Shown here: positions 1-12,687 of the stretch, in pieces
Position numbering within the stretch: the first letter of the stretch is position 1
How the letters are laid out: each line of letters begins with the position of its first letter
NCBI GenBank assembly: GCA_001643675.2
Contig: LSRY02000041.1
Span: 434,001-498,000 of the forward strand
Reading direction: 5' to 3'
DNA length: 64,000 nt
Origin: Monocercomonoides exilis PA203
Taxonomy: Eukaryota; Protista; Preaxostyla
Made by a program: the position numbers and the translations under genes
Notes under the pieces: model-generated
Databases searched by the model: none
Told to the model about the DNA's origin: nothing
Seen by the model: only the letters and a program-made list of their open reading frames with translations

Positions 1-379
1 TTCATAGCAAACAATATATGTGAAAATTCGATTGTTCAACAAATAAAAATATTATATCCTCTTTGAATATTGCATTGTGAAGTTGTACTGAACTTTGTAA
101 AGCCAGTAAATTGAGTTTTTAATTCTTTGTGATCTTAATGAAAATATTATGGGTTGCAAAAAATCATTTTTTTAGAAAATTTTTATGATCGAATTTCGAA
201 ATTTCCCTCCTTGGATCGCTTTGTTAAATTATGTAGATTATCGCTATAATATTTATATTTTGAAAAAATGCAAACTGAAAGTATTACGACTAACACCTAT
301 GCCCCAAATTTTTGAAGAAAAAAAAAACAAAAAAATACAGACTTAATTAGCAAAAACTAACGAAACTTGGATCAAATAG

Positions 380-907
380 TCTTCTAATTTTTCTTTTTCC
401 TGAACTTTGATCTGCAGAATTTTCTTCTTCAATATTTTCCAAATCATCATTCAAAATTCTTCGATAAACTCTTTTTTTCTTTGACTTAAATGGAAGAGAA
501 TCTTCAATGTTTTCTGTTTCATCTTCGGCTTCAGAACATTTCGCTCTTGTTCGATTATATTAATTTTCTTCTTTCATTTCCAAAAAAAGCTTCATTTATG
601 AGCAGTATTCCGTAAAAAATCAAAACGATTTGAATAAGTGGGCAAAGGAAATGAAGAGTGTTTTGGCAATTAACGTAAAACTGGTCCTGATGATTAAATC
701 AAAACACCACTTGTTTCAAAGGCATTCTTAATTACTGATGGTGCGAATGCATAGAGAAGAGCTTGAGGAAGGATGCCTGCTAAAGCCTTTCTGTTGGAAG
801 AAGCAGTTGAAGATTGTGGGATTTCTATTGATGAACTAATAACAGATATAAGAACAGCAAAAACACCTCTATCGAGAGATTGCGAAATATGTGTTGTGTG
901 AGGAATA
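380..907 (-). pseudogene. 3' half of a decayed pogo-like (DDE_1, DD35D) transposase; 5' half lies at 7716-8590
   Basis: ORF 694-948 contains IPHTTHISQSLDRGVF...LPQALLYAFAPSVIKNAFETSG, the xPxxTHxxQPLD-type third-Asp motif, and is homologous to 22160-22380. The lower boundary is approximate. Confidence 0.8.
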
Positions 908-2167
908 CAGTCGAAATCGGATACAATCACATCGAAAATAATCAACATCTGTTATGGTCACAATTTTCCATGCACTGACATTTTTTGCTAGACCTGTGCG
1001 ACAAGTGGCAATTTTTGCCAGTAACTGACACAGGTGACCGACATGACAATTTTTTTTGATCAAAACCTTCATTTATTAAAAAATTCATTTTCATTATTTT
1101 TGTGAAAAAAGAAAAAGATAATTCTCCACCAAGTGAGAAAATATATATTAACCTATATTGAAACATTTTATGAATAAAATAAAACTAGAAATTCAAATCG
1201 TGAAGATAAAATTATGTGAAAAATGGGTTTGTGACAAGATCAGCGAAACTTGGAATTTTTTTGCCACTGGAAGTCACTTCTGTCACTGACTTCACTTCCT
1301 GTCAGAGAAGCGAAACTGCTTGAAAAAGAAACAGAAGATTATATTAACTTGTTTGACTTTTGAAATGTTGTTTATTTCATTTCACATAAAGAATAATCCA
1401 TAATTTTTCTTTTCGTTTTCAGAAATTTTTTTTTTCAAAGATATGAGCACAAAACCAACCAGCAAGTATTACAGTTTCATTTTTCGTTTTATTCGATAAC
1501 AAAAACTCCACAAAGCTTAACATGAAATGAATTTTGTTTTGCAAATTGTTCAAATTGATTATCTTATTCATTATAAATTATATTGTGTTGTTTTAACTTT
1601 TTCAAATAAAAAAGATGGAATTGACATTTATTTTTCTCTTTGCATGTGAGGCTTCTTGTTTAAAATAGATTTGAATCATGTGCTCTTTAAAAAGAATATG
1701 TGAAGTTAATTGTGTTTTCGATGTCAAAATTTCCTGCCTGGCGAGTGAAAAATAGAACTTGTTAATGATCATTGCAATTGATAAAGGTTGTTGTTGAATG
1801 GTGTCCGAAAATTAATTTTATTTATTAAATCTGATTCTTATGATCATTTTTTTCTCACTTTGATCATTCGTCTTTTTTAAATATATACTTTAGATATTTT
1901 TCTCGCAAACGCTATTCTTAATGAGGTCATCATTTTTTCTTCATATGACTGTAATCATTCTTGCTTTCGTTCTGTCTTTCCATTCAAAGAACATTCGAAG
2001 ATTGTAAGAAAGCTGAGTCAAATGTCAAAAGAAAGTCAAACAGCCTTAATAGATAAATGAAATATTGAAAAATGAAATATGGATTATTACGAGAGAAGAA
2101 AAAAATCAGCTTGAGAAGATAACAAAAAAAATTCAGAATTCAGAATGGATTGTTTTGAAGAAAAAAT

Positions 2168-2225
<58 letters not shown>

Positions 2226-2419
2226 AAATGGTGAAGGAAAATTCGTGAAATTATAGTATTTTGTTTTTTGCAAGCTTTCCTGTTAATGTTTCACTTCATT
2301 TTTTAGAAATAGAAATATAAAATGAACATTGAAATCTCCAAACATGCATGTTTATTATAATATGAAATGATTTCAACTCATAAACTTATTGTATCACAAG
2401 TTCAAAACATTTCCGTTGA

Positions 2420-3850
2420 TGATCACTAAAAATTGGTAAAATTCAACGATCAATCATAACTATTGTGCTTTCCAAGAAAAATAAAATTTCCTATTTTTTG
2501 TGATCATTTCACAAAATACTTTTTCCTTCATTTTTCTTAGCACTTTCCTTTTCAACTCTTTTCTTTCCTTTTACATTTTCCATTTAATCTTCCGACTTTT
2601 TTTTCAGTCGAATAAGATTATTCATAAAGAAATGGAAACAAACCTCATCAAATTATGATTACTAGTTGGCTGCTGAATCTCCTCAGAAACATCATCAACA
2701 GCTCCGCTTATCAATAAAACAACATCCTTCACAGTTTTACAACAAGCTGCTTTTGACATTGATTCAATGCATTCCATGTCAATTTCTCTGTTATTATCTC
2801 TTGATGCTCGAAACACCTGAACAATTCTGCCGATAAGCCCAGTAAAACTTTCATTCCACAATGTGCACCAGGCCAGGTTATCATTAATAGCACTGAGTAA
2901 CCTCCCTGTTATCAGCACTTCTTTCACTTCTTTAGCTTCTTTTCCTCTTTCTTCTTTTCTCTTCCAATCAACACTCTTTGACAGATCTTCCAGCTCTCTT
3001 ACTGCGTCTCTTCCCAAATACAATTCATTCGTAATAACGTCTTCCAATATTTTTTCTTTGAAGAATCCTTTACCCAAAAATTGCCAAGCAGACTGATAGG
3101 CAAGTCGTGTCAGATGCTGATGCTCCTGATTATATTCAATGATTTCTGTTATGTCAGTCAAATACAGTTTTTGATCCAATTTCTAACAAAAAAAATCATA
3201 AAATAATCAATTTATGAAGCAATGACAATTCAATTATCAATAAATAAATAAATCACACGTCCGACTGTTCAATATTGCTCAAAGCCAACAACGCAACTTC
3301 CACTTCTTTCTGAGCTTCCTCGCTTTCCTCTTTCTTCGAGGCAATCTTCAGAAGGCAAGGCACACAAATCGATAGTAATTCCGATGAAAATCTGAAGTTG
3401 AGAAAAAGATAGCATTTGCTAAGATAAGCTATTTGCTTTTCATTTTTTCCTTCTTTTTTCTCATTTTCATCAATTATCATCTCTTTAAATTTTTGACTCA
3501 ATGAAGATGTATTAATGTTATCAATCCAAATTCTTTTGGATGTTTTGTGATATCCAATATGTTTCAACAACAACAATGCATTTTCTATGATAGTTTCTTA
3601 TCTTCTATCATTTCATCAATTTCATTGAACAGTTCTTTTATGAAAACTGATTCAAATTCTTCTTCATTCATTTCATCAACACTATCATTCATTTCTCTCA
3701 TTTTCTGTTTCTGTTCATCTTCATTTCAACCTTCAAACTCACAAAACAATTCTGCAAAAAATAAAAAGGAAGAGATGCAATTCACAATATACGAATATAT
3801 CAACATTTCAAACCATTGCATTTTTGCATTGCCACATTTTTGAATTGTTA
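2420..3850 (-). pseudogene. Uncharacterised helical multigene-family copy A (FSELE...YHQEHHNLTRLAYQSAWQF family), disrupted
   Basis: ORFs 3253-3576 and 2622-3179 share VPCLLKIASKKEESEEAQKEVEVALLALS and EYNQEHQHLTRLAYQSAWQFL with the intact copies. In-frame TGA near 3726 and frameshifts. Ends approximate. Confidence 0.8.
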
Positions 3851-4180
3851 TATGAATACCCCATCCAGATAATTATGTCATTTTGAGTTTTTCATATTGT
3901 TTTCGTATAATTATGAATAGAAAACATAAACGAAAAATTGAAGCTTGTACGGTTGAAGAATCATCTATGTTTATATCGTTCTTTTTTGTTTTGTTATTAC
4001 AATCAATGCATTCAAAAGAAATAATTGAATTCATTTTCATGTTTTTTAATTATGGATTTCCCGATCATAAATTTTAAATAAAATGAAGATAATATTTTAT
4101 ACATTTGAAATACTATTTAGTATTATTGAAGTGCTTTTGATTAAAATAAATAAATTAAAAAAATGTTTTTTATAATTTTT

Positions 4181-4221
<41 letters not shown>

Positions 4222-4222
<1 letters not shown>

Positions 4223-4267
4223 TGAACGACAGCAACAAAAAATAGCAAGTCGTGTCGCACAGGCCTA
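4222..4267. mobile_element. Orphan hAT short end inside element 989-7336
   Basis: gtgaacgacagcaacaaaaaatagcaagtcgtgtcgcacaggccta closely matches 7291-7336 and is preceded by a poly(T) tract (4184-4221). Confidence 0.75.
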
Positions 4268-5599
4268 GAAACAGAATAACATAATAATTTGTAGAGCATA
4301 TGAAATGTTTGAGATTTCATTTTTCCATCTGGTTCAACCATAACTTTTCGTTTGACATTAGATAATCCTTCTTTTTTAAAGAAAGAACCAAATTCATATA
4401 AACAAAAAAGGTCTAAAGAATGCTCATTGATAGAATCTTTCAATTAATGATCGTTTGAAAATGAGTTAATTTGTTATTTTTATGATTTCATTACACTTTG
4501 TTTGATTTGCTCGTTTTTTAAGTTCCTTCATGTGATGTGAATTTCGTCCTTTGAAAGCGCATTACTTATTTGTTATGAAAACATATCCTTTCAGTTTTTG
4601 AAAGCTTGTTTTGATTATTTGCAAAATTTAAGACAAAAATATATTATTCTAATTATAGAAGAAGCAAGTGACATAAAGGTCTTTTTGAAGAGCATTGAAA
4701 CGGGAAATGAAAAGCAAAGTGTGTGTAACCTCTAAGACAGAGAAATCGAACCAATTTACTCAAATGCAATAAATCGGCCTTGTTTATTATATAAGCTGAA
4801 CAGAAATTACCGAATTTCAATCATTTGAATGAGAAAGATCCAATAAAATCGATGAAATAAGAATCTATCTACGTACTCCAGGAACATGCTGTTTAAAAAT
4901 TTTTATGATTACTTGAAAATAAAAGTGCAAACCAAACATTCATTCAACAGTTCAAATATTATCGCTTCTGTTGCTGATTCACGAACTCTTAGGCTTTTTC
5001 TCCCTGCTCTTTTTTATCTTTGATGATCCTTTTTTATCCCTTGAAATTATCCATCCAAATGTTTTTTTTTCTTTTTTTCTTTTTCTTTTTTTCTTTTTCT
5101 TTTTTATTTTTATTTTTTCTTTTTCTTTTCTTTTCTTTTCTTTTCTTTCTTTTTTGAAAATACAACGCTTTTCAGAAAATTGATGAAAAATGTCTGAATA
5201 AAGCAAAACAACTGAAACTTGCAAATGCATTGGAGCAGCATGGAATGAATTAATCCAAAGAGAAATAATTGGCAGCTCATACGACGAAAGAAAAATGAAG
5301 AATTTGAAATGCAAAATCTTTAAAGATATTTGAAGTTTTAAGTTTCTTGAGGAAATGTTCACAAGATGAATAGTGGAATATGGTGTAATCATTCAAAAGT
5401 GTTTTTCATTTTGAATGTTTTTAAGTTTCACTTCATTTTCTGAAATATGAAAAAACTGGATGTCAAGAATGGCAGAATTGTATTGTTTTCATTTTGTGAA
5501 ATGACGAAGGAAAAAAGATAATATTTCAGGTTCATTATTCAATTAATTTCACAATTTATATATTAGAAAAATATTTAGAAATATCTAATGTTAATTATC

Positions 5600-6184
5600 T
5601 TTTCATTATTCATCAAGAAAAAAGAATATTCCATAAAAGCTTATGAAAAAAAAGTGTCCTTTTCCTTCAATCTATTCCAGTATCTTCCAATAAAAATTAG
5701 ATTTTGTGCTATCATATTTTTCGTTTCTCCACATGTCCGGTTCAGAAGTGGAATGAAAAACGTAAACACATTAGTTGCACATCGTGTTTTCCTCAACATT
5801 CGCTTCTTCATACATCCCATCTGAACGAGCAGATTATCCAGCATCTTTTTCTTCATTCTTTTCTTTACGGACTCCCTCAGAATAAAAAGAAACAGAACAC
5901 TTTTATCTTTTCTTCATGATGAATTTAATGGTTTTTCCCAATTTTGATATCATTTTTCTTCATGTCTTTTCATATCACAAGCTCTTTCAATTCTTGTGTT
6001 GCATCTCTCACAAAATTCAGTTCGTTCACAATGACTTCTTCAAAACTTTTATCTTTTTCAAATCTTTATATCATAAACTTCCATGCTGATTGAAAATCAA
6101 GACGTGTCAGGTTGTGTTTTTAATGATTTTGGATAAAGTCTTTGAACTCCATAAAAATGCAATTCCACTGACATTTTCATATAA

Positions 6185-6279
<95 letters not shown>

Positions 6280-6930
6280 TAATAATAATAATAACAATAA
6301 TAATAATAATAATCTGTAAAGAAAACTATATGGGCTAAGTTTTCCATGCCTCATGTCTCCAAATACCAATCAAAGCTTAAAATGCCATCTCCACTTTTTC
6401 CTTTGCTTCTTTGTTTCCCTCTTTTTCTGAAGCAACTTTCAGAAGATAGGGCACATATTATGAAAAAATTCCCATAATGCGAAATGGTTGACAAAAAGAC
6501 AGCATTCGCAAACATCAACTAGAAGCTTTTCTTCTTTTTCCTCTTTTTCTTTATCTTCATCAATCATCATCTTCTCAAATCTTTTGTTCAACAGAGATTA
6601 TTTTAGATGATAACGCCATATTTTTTTCAACTCAATCCAATATTCGGTGCATCTCAACTGCAACATCGCTATTTCTAATCGTATTTTCGTTTTTTCAGAC
6701 ATTTCATCTATTTTGTTGAATAACTCCTCTGAAAAAACAGAATAAAATCGCTTTCATCAATTTCTTCTATAATTATGTTCATTTCAGCTAATTTCTATTT
6801 CCTTTCGCTTTTATGAAGGCGTTCAAGTTCAAAAAACAATTCTGAATAAAAAACAAAGAAAAAAATCCAATAATAATAAATGTGAGTGTTTCAATGGATG
6901 CAAACGCTGTTTTTTCATTTGGTGCACAAC
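5600..6930 (-). pseudogene. Multigene-family copy B, heavily decayed
   Basis: Minus strand retains family motifs (LFFELERL, VCECC, LLKVAS-like, LEEIRKER, MYEEANVEENTMCN) with stops and frameshifts. Ends approximate. Confidence 0.7.
6185..6313. repeat. (AAT)n microsatellite, about 43 units, at the intron-2 position of copy B
   Basis: Direct reading of aataataat... with two AAC interruptions. Confidence 0.95.
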
Positions 6931-7715
6931 CTCTGCTTTTTAATAAGTCGGCTTCAGAATGAAAACAACACTATTTCATCAAATTATTTGAATTCAAACA
7001 TGTTTGGATAAAATGAATTGTCAAAATGAAATTCCAATTATTCATGGAAATTTAAGTGGCAGCATTGTTCATTTTAATAATAAATTATTAACAATGTATT
7101 TTAGAGAAGAATTTGTTTTATTATCCATTCATGAAATAATGGATTGAACGATCAAATATTTGTCAGTAATTTTAATATTGAAAAAAAAGTCGATTGAAAA
7201 AATTTATATGAATGTTTTCTGTTTTATTTTATTTTATTTTTTTTATTTTATTTTATTTTTTTTATTTTATTTTATTTTTTTTTTTTTTTGGTGACCGACA
7301 GCAACAAAAATTTGCGTGTCGTGTCGCACAGGTCTATTTTTTTGCTTGTTTTTCATTCATTTTCCATCGCATGTTATCACAGGGCTCAAAATATATAATC
7401 ACATTTTTTATTATTATGTGTGATTATTTCCAAGAAAAATCGATTTTTTGAACAAAAATAACAATTTTTCACTTTTTCAAAAATTTGCTCAAATAAGTTT
7501 AAAATAATATGCATTTATGCAAAAAATTAATTTCTTAAGTGAAAAATGCGTTTTGATGAAGAATTTTCAAAAATGAAAAAATCGACACAAAATTTATTAA
7601 TTAATTAGTAATTTTTTATTTTTATCTGTGTTAAGCAGCATCGTATATTATCACAATCGGATATAGTCACAAAAAGTTGTGCAAAATCCGATGTGATTAT
7701 ATCCGGTTTGGACTG

Positions 7716-8590
7716 TAAATGTGATGACATTCACATTCGATTCCATAAAATTTCTCCAAATAATAGGGTTTGCACGAGAGCCGTGCGAATCCCCTTATAG
7801 AAAACCTCTCTCTTCAGTAAATTTCATCCTTTTCTTTCTTTCAAATATTTCTGGAAGTAGAACACGCAAAGAGTATCGTTCGAATAGAGAAAAGTTCATC
7901 CAACTATTAGCATTGCTTCACACATCAAGCAAAAGAGATAGCAAAGAAGTCAACTTTTCCGGAATATTTGAACTCTCCAAAGAACAATTGTGTGCAAAGA
8001 AAAGAAATCCGAGGCAACAGCAGCAACAAGTGTCACGTTTCGCACATTAGAGATAGCAAGGCAATAGGCTGAAGGAGACTTCGAGGATGTCGCAACAGGT
8101 TTTTCGCAATTATAAGACAATCTTAGTGATGTTTCATGCACATAATTGATCAATTTCCTTCGGTATTTGTGTTTTGAATGCAAATCATCAAGCATTTCAA
8201 ACCTCGGTTAAAAAACGTCCTGACAAGATGCTGCAAGACGTTTTGAATCCAAAATTTTTGGCTTTTGTAATTTCAATTCGTGTTGATTTCACAAGAAGGA
8301 ATAAGCCGCAGATTTTGAAATTTCTTTTTTTGGCGAAGCATCTATTAAAATCTCTGAATCTTCATTTTCAATAGCATTTTCAATCTAAAAAGAATCAAAT
8401 AAATTGAAAATAAAAATATTTTGTAAACCTATTCTTTTGTTTTTTCACTGTCAAGTTTGTTCCACACATTGTCTCAATATTTTATAACGTCCTTCACAAT
8501 TTCCTTTTTTTCCTTGTGAAGCAATGATAGCCTTCCCAATTTTGCACATCCATATCACTTAAAATGGCAATCAATGAATGGATGAGTGTT
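7716..8590 (-). pseudogene. 5' half of the decayed pogo-like DDE transposase (joins 907 after removing 908-7715)
   Basis: ORF 7950-8195 LDDLHSKHKY...HETSLRL...NVTLVAAVASD aligns with 21663-22202 (LDELHEKFHY...DESSTSV...STFVAAVAADG). 7718-7795 reads GDSHGSRANPIIWRNFMESNVNVITF. Possible degenerate GGG/CCC outer ends at 151 and 8855 (weak). Confidence 0.8.
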
Positions 8591-10248
8591 TTTTTCTTTT
8601 TATTTTTCTTTTCTTTTTTTTTCTTTCTTTTTTTTTCTTATGAAAATACACCGCAGTTTGTTGCACCATCAAGCCTGGCTTTACCATCAATTTGAATTCG
8701 ATCCATTTTCTCGAGTTTGTTTTCATGAATGCGGAAGTCAATCGACACCATTTCTGCCTGCATTTTTCTTTTCACTTCTTCAGCTTTTTTTGGATCATAA
8801 AAAAATCAATTCAATTTTTTGTGAAATGATCAAAAAAAGTCCTTTTTAAACACCCAAAAGACATTTCAAGTTCAGAGATATGAAGCATTTGCTTTAATAG
8901 ATATTTGTTTATCAATTTAAATGAAAAAAAGAATCAATCATATTTTTGACTTGCGAGTATTTCATTAATAAAGAAAACTGTTGTCCTGAAATTAAATAAA
9001 CACATCTGTTCATCCGCTGATGATAAAAACAATTGTTTGTGCAAATAATCTTTGTTTATGATATTTGAATATATCTATCACAAGGAAATTGAAAAAAGGT
9101 TCCAATAAAAACATTAACCAATCACAATGGCAATCTTGGTCACATGAATCATTAATTTCTTAATCAAAAAAATACAAAAATGGAATCACATTTTATAATA
9201 AATGATCTTTTTTCATAAACAGACTTTGTGAATCATATAATTAATCAAATGATTTGAAATCCGAGATGTGATTCAACGAAGTCTTGTGACATTTGCTTTT
9301 GAGAGAAAAAAATCATGTGAACGTCAACATATTTTCTATGTTCTGAATAAACCACTTCAAAAAATTACCTTTTTTTTTTTTGAAATGTTATAATTAAATG
9401 CAGGCACACAGAGTCAGAATGATGGATGAGCAAAACTCCCGACTTGGACTTTTCTTTTTCCAACATGTTTGACTTCTTCTGTTGACACAGTCAATTCACG
9501 GAATCGAAAAAATGGGAGTAACGACAGTTTATTTGAAAAAAAGAAGAAATCGAAAAAGTAGAGGTTATCGAAAATGAAGACAAATTCATTTTAAAGACAG
9601 ATGATACTACAGTTCCAGAATCTTCAAATGGGACATTCGATGATAAGAACAGCTGCTTCTGCGCTTCGGATGGAGAAAATTGATTAGAATGTGCAATTGA
9701 TGAATAATTATTTTGTTTTGTATAATTTTCTTATTTGGATAACAGTTTTTTCACCTTAAATCACATTTATAATAATAAATAACGATTTATTTTTTAATAA
9801 TTCCCAAGCGATTATTTGTACAAAAAATGATAATAAATCTTCATTATAAATCAAGTAAATTTCATTGATATCCATTAAATTGTGCCAGATATTAGGTCAA
9901 TTTGTAATGAATATTTTCATTGTTTCTTTTCTCTTCATGAAATATTATTTGTGATATTTCGAAAATCATGAGCTCAGTTTCATTTTGTTTTGATTTTTTC
10001 AAATCTTTTCAAAACAATGATACAAAACAGTGGCTATAAATAATTTTCTATGGGCGTCAACAGTTTTTATTTTCAAAATAAGTTGATCTTCCTATATGAG
10101 TGTTTCATTCGTGGTGGAAACTGTCCAATGATTGAACTCACTTTTCAAACACTCATCAATTGGATCCAAACCATTGATTGCATCAATTTGTGCTTGAATT
10201 AAGGATGTGTTGATCTGTTGCAATATCGATCAAGAAACATCAAAACTC

Positions 10249-12687
10249 ATGCTCTTTGTTTTACTGGCTTTCACATTTGCAACATCACAAGAATTGGATG
10301 AAGAAAAGCCTTACACAGTTTATGTGAAGCAAAGCGGAAGTGACACTAACATTGGCACGGAAATCGGTAAGGAAAGGAAATCATTGAAAAGTGCATATGG
10401 TATTCTTGGAGATGATGAAACATGCAAGATCTTTATTGTGAATGATGCAACTGCATTTGCAGCGCAGCAAATATATTTCAGCAAGAGTTCCGGAATCACC
10501 ATTGAAGGAGTTGACAGTAAAGGAATAAGAAATGAAATGGTACAAATTAATTGTGATGTGAATCTAGAAGAAAATCTTTTCTCATGTGATGGAGTTACAG
10601 AATTTAAGTACTTGGCATTCCATTTTCCATCATCTTTAGGTGGATCTTGGAATGACGCATTGGTTTTTGGACGTTCTGGGGAACTCACAATTAAACACTG
10701 TCAGTTTGTTCGGCCACCTTCAAATAGGGGAACTGTGGATTATTACCTTGTGTATATTGATGGTGGAGATTTGCATATGGACAATGTTAAATGTGCAGAT
10801 GATAATCGCATTGCTTCATTTTCAAGTGCAATTTTTTATGTTTTGGCTTTGCATCCCACAACAGTAACACTTACGAATGTGACTTTGGAGAAAATTTCAA
10901 GTAATTCTTCAATTATTACTGTAAGTGAATATTATGGTTTCAAATTGGATGTGTCTCTCAATAACTGTTCATTTACTGAATGCCACTCTAACGGTTCTTC
11001 TGTATTATCCGTTTCGAGCAATAATAGTGAAAGCACATTCACAGTTGGAGATGGAGGAGTAACATATTTCACCTCTTGCAGTTGCATCAACTTTGATAAT
11101 ACAACATCAGGAGGAATCTATTTATCAATGCCAAATATTATTTCAACATCACAGCAAAAATGGCCAACAGATGGAAAGAATTTGGTTTTTCAGAATTGCT
11201 CAGGGCGTATTAATGGTTATAATAGAAAAACTGGATTGATAATAGAAATGAAAAATTATTCTTTGCTGAAAGATGTGGCAAATGCAATGAAGGCAAGCTT
11301 TGCAGCCAATTACACACGAAAAGAAAATTCTTGGTTTGTTGTCGCATTCGTATCTTTCAATGCAAGAGGAGTGGATTGCACAAGTTTGTATTTTGATCCT
11401 CCTCCTCAAAAGCCAGATAATATGACAAGAGCATTTGTGAAGAAAGGAGGGAAAGGAAATGGGATCGATGTTAATTCGGCAATTAACAGCTTGAAGGAGG
11501 CTTATGATTTCTTGGAAAAGAGTGGGAAATGTTTCATTGATGTTGTCAAAACATCTGATCCAATCAAAGCAGAAGATATAAGTTTCAGCATTAACAGTGG
11601 AATAGCAATTGAAGGAGTGAATGACAATGGAGATGGAAACACTGAAGTGGCAATTAATTGTGATGTTTCTGTTTCATCAATTCTCTTTTCTTGCCAGAAA
11701 ACTGTGGAATTCAAGTATTTGGCATTCCAATTCTCTTCAACAGAAAAGAATTGGAACTCATTGATCAGCGCAGGATCAGGTTCAATATCACTGAAAATAT
11801 CAACATGTCGATTTGTCAGAATTGGATCACAAACACAAGAAGGAATGGAATCAAATGCTGATGGAAACAGCCCCTTGGAAAGCAGTCTTGTGAGTGTGAC
11901 ATCTGGAAGTGTGGAAATGGACACGGTGAAATGCACAGATGAGACCTCATTTGTGACATTCTCATCATCACCATTTTCATTTTCTGGAGCCAGCGAGGTG
12001 TCATTGAGCACTGTGGAGATCAGCAAAGTGAATGTTCGAAATGGAGCAGCAATCGGCATCAATGATGGGAGCAATTCATCTTCGAAGGTTTCAATCGAAG
12101 GATTGAATGTTCGAGAAGTGAAATCGGAGAAAGGAGCAGCAGCAGGGTTGGATATCACCCTCAGTTCAAAAGAATCAAGAGTGGCCATTGGAAGGGGAAA
12201 CAAATGTTCATTCAAATCATGTTCAGCACCAGAAGGGAAATCAGGAGCAATATTCATTGACATGCCCAAGGCAACATCGAATCTGCAACTCCCATCAGAA
12301 CACAACCTGGAGATCGACAGCTCAAACACAGCTGGCTCAAAAACAACTTCTCTGTTCATCATTGCCGCAGACTTCGAAGAGTTCTGCAAACAAGAAGATG
12401 CCTTTGCGTTTGCGAATGATTTTGATGAATCAACATCTGGGTGGATCGAGGGAGCAAAAGATGCAGAATCAGAGCCTGAGGATGTGTATGAGAAGTATGT
12501 GAAAGTGAGACAAGAGAAACTCAAAGATCAAAACAAAAAGAAGAAGGCAGGGATCGTTGTTGCCATTGTTGTGCCGATTGTCGTTGTGGTTGCAGTTGTG
12601 GTGATTGTGATTGTCATTGTTGTTGTGAGGAAAAAGAGATCAAGAAATGAAGAGAATAACGGAAAGGAACAAGAAATGAATGATTGA
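10249..12687 (+). CDS. Type-I membrane surface protein with two tandem beta-helix (pectin-lyase-like/adhesin-like) modules
   Basis: Intronless ORF with ATG at 10249 and hydrophobic signal MLFVLLAFTFATS. Internal duplication (SLKSAY..GITIEGV..INCDV..LFSC..EFKYLAFHF vs SLKEAY..GIAIEGV..INCDV..LFSC..EFKYLAFQF). C-terminal TM IVVAIVVPIVVVVAVVVIVIVIVVV followed by RKKR. The fold call is inference. Confidence 0.85.
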   Translation: MLFVLLAFTFATSQELDEEKPYTVYVKQSGSDTNIGTEIGKERKSLKSAYGILGDDETCKIFIVNDATAFAAQQIYFSKSSGITIEGVDSKGIRNEMVQINCDVNLEENLFSCDGVTEFKYLAFHFPSSLGGSWNDALVFGRSGELTIKHCQFVRPPSNRGTVDYYLVYIDGGDLHMDNVKCADDNRIASFSSAIFYVLALHPTTVTLTNVTLEKISSNSSIITVSEYYGFKLDVSLNNCSFTECHSNGSSVLSVSSNNSESTFTVGDGGVTYFTSCSCINFDNTTSGGIYLSMPNIISTSQQKWPTDGKNLVFQNCSGRINGYNRKTGLIIEMKNYSLLKDVANAMKASFAANYTRKENSWFVVAFVSFNARGVDCTSLYFDPPPQKPDNMTRAFVKKGGKGNGIDVNSAINSLKEAYDFLEKSGKCFIDVVKTSDPIKAEDISFSINSGIAIEGVNDNGDGNTEVAINCDVSVSSILFSCQKTVEFKYLAFQFSSTEKNWNSLISAGSGSISLKISTCRFVRIGSQTQEGMESNADGNSPLESSLVSVTSGSVEMDTVKCTDETSFVTFSSSPFSFSGASEVSLSTVEISKVNVRNGAAIGINDGSNSSSKVSIEGLNVREVKSEKGAAAGLDITLSSKESRVAIGRGNKCSFKSCSAPEGKSGAIFIDMPKATSNLQLPSEHNLEIDSSNTAGSKTTSLFIIAADFEEFCKQEDAFAFANDFDESTSGWIEGAKDAESEPEDVYEKYVKVRQEKLKDQNKKKKAGIVVAIVVPIVVVVAVVVIVIVIVVVRKKRSRNEENNGKEQEMND

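Larger units (their letters stand above)
989..7336. mobile_element. Non-autonomous hAT-type element enclosing two host multigene-family pseudogenes
   Basis: Perfect 15-bp TIR TAGACCTGTGCGACA (989-1003 / 7322-7336). Flanks are TTTTTTGC (981-988) and TTTTTTTGC (7337-7345), i.e. an 8-bp TSD with a one-T slip. TGAC/GTCA subterminal motifs at about 1020-1050 and 1230-1310. Confidence 0.82.
908..7715. mobile_element. Tc1/mariner-type non-autonomous element (about 450 bp: 908-988 + 7345-7715) interrupted by a hAT element
   Basis: 27-bp TIRs: CAGTCGAAATCGGATACAATCACATCG (908-934) vs revcomp of 7689-7715 CAGTCCAAACCGGATATAATCACATCG (3 mismatches). TA on both sides (906-907, 7716-7717). Removing the element restores the DDE frame. 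Confidence 0.88.

Noticed and set aside
2171-2223. Poly(A) tract as the tail of a retroposed copy
   Set aside because: Wrong polarity for minus-strand copy A, which also retains introns; no TSD found.
6090-6369. Poly-Ile / poly-Leu ORFs
   Set aside because: Translation of the (AAT)n microsatellite, not genes.
151-8855. GGG/CCC outer TIRs of the first DDE element
   Set aside because: Only loose similarity and non-matching flanks (AT / AA); mentioned but not called as a feature.
11502-12524. Long antisense ORFs (also 25754-26812, 61571-62545, 14980-15483)
   Set aside because: Shadows of real sense-strand genes with biased codon use.
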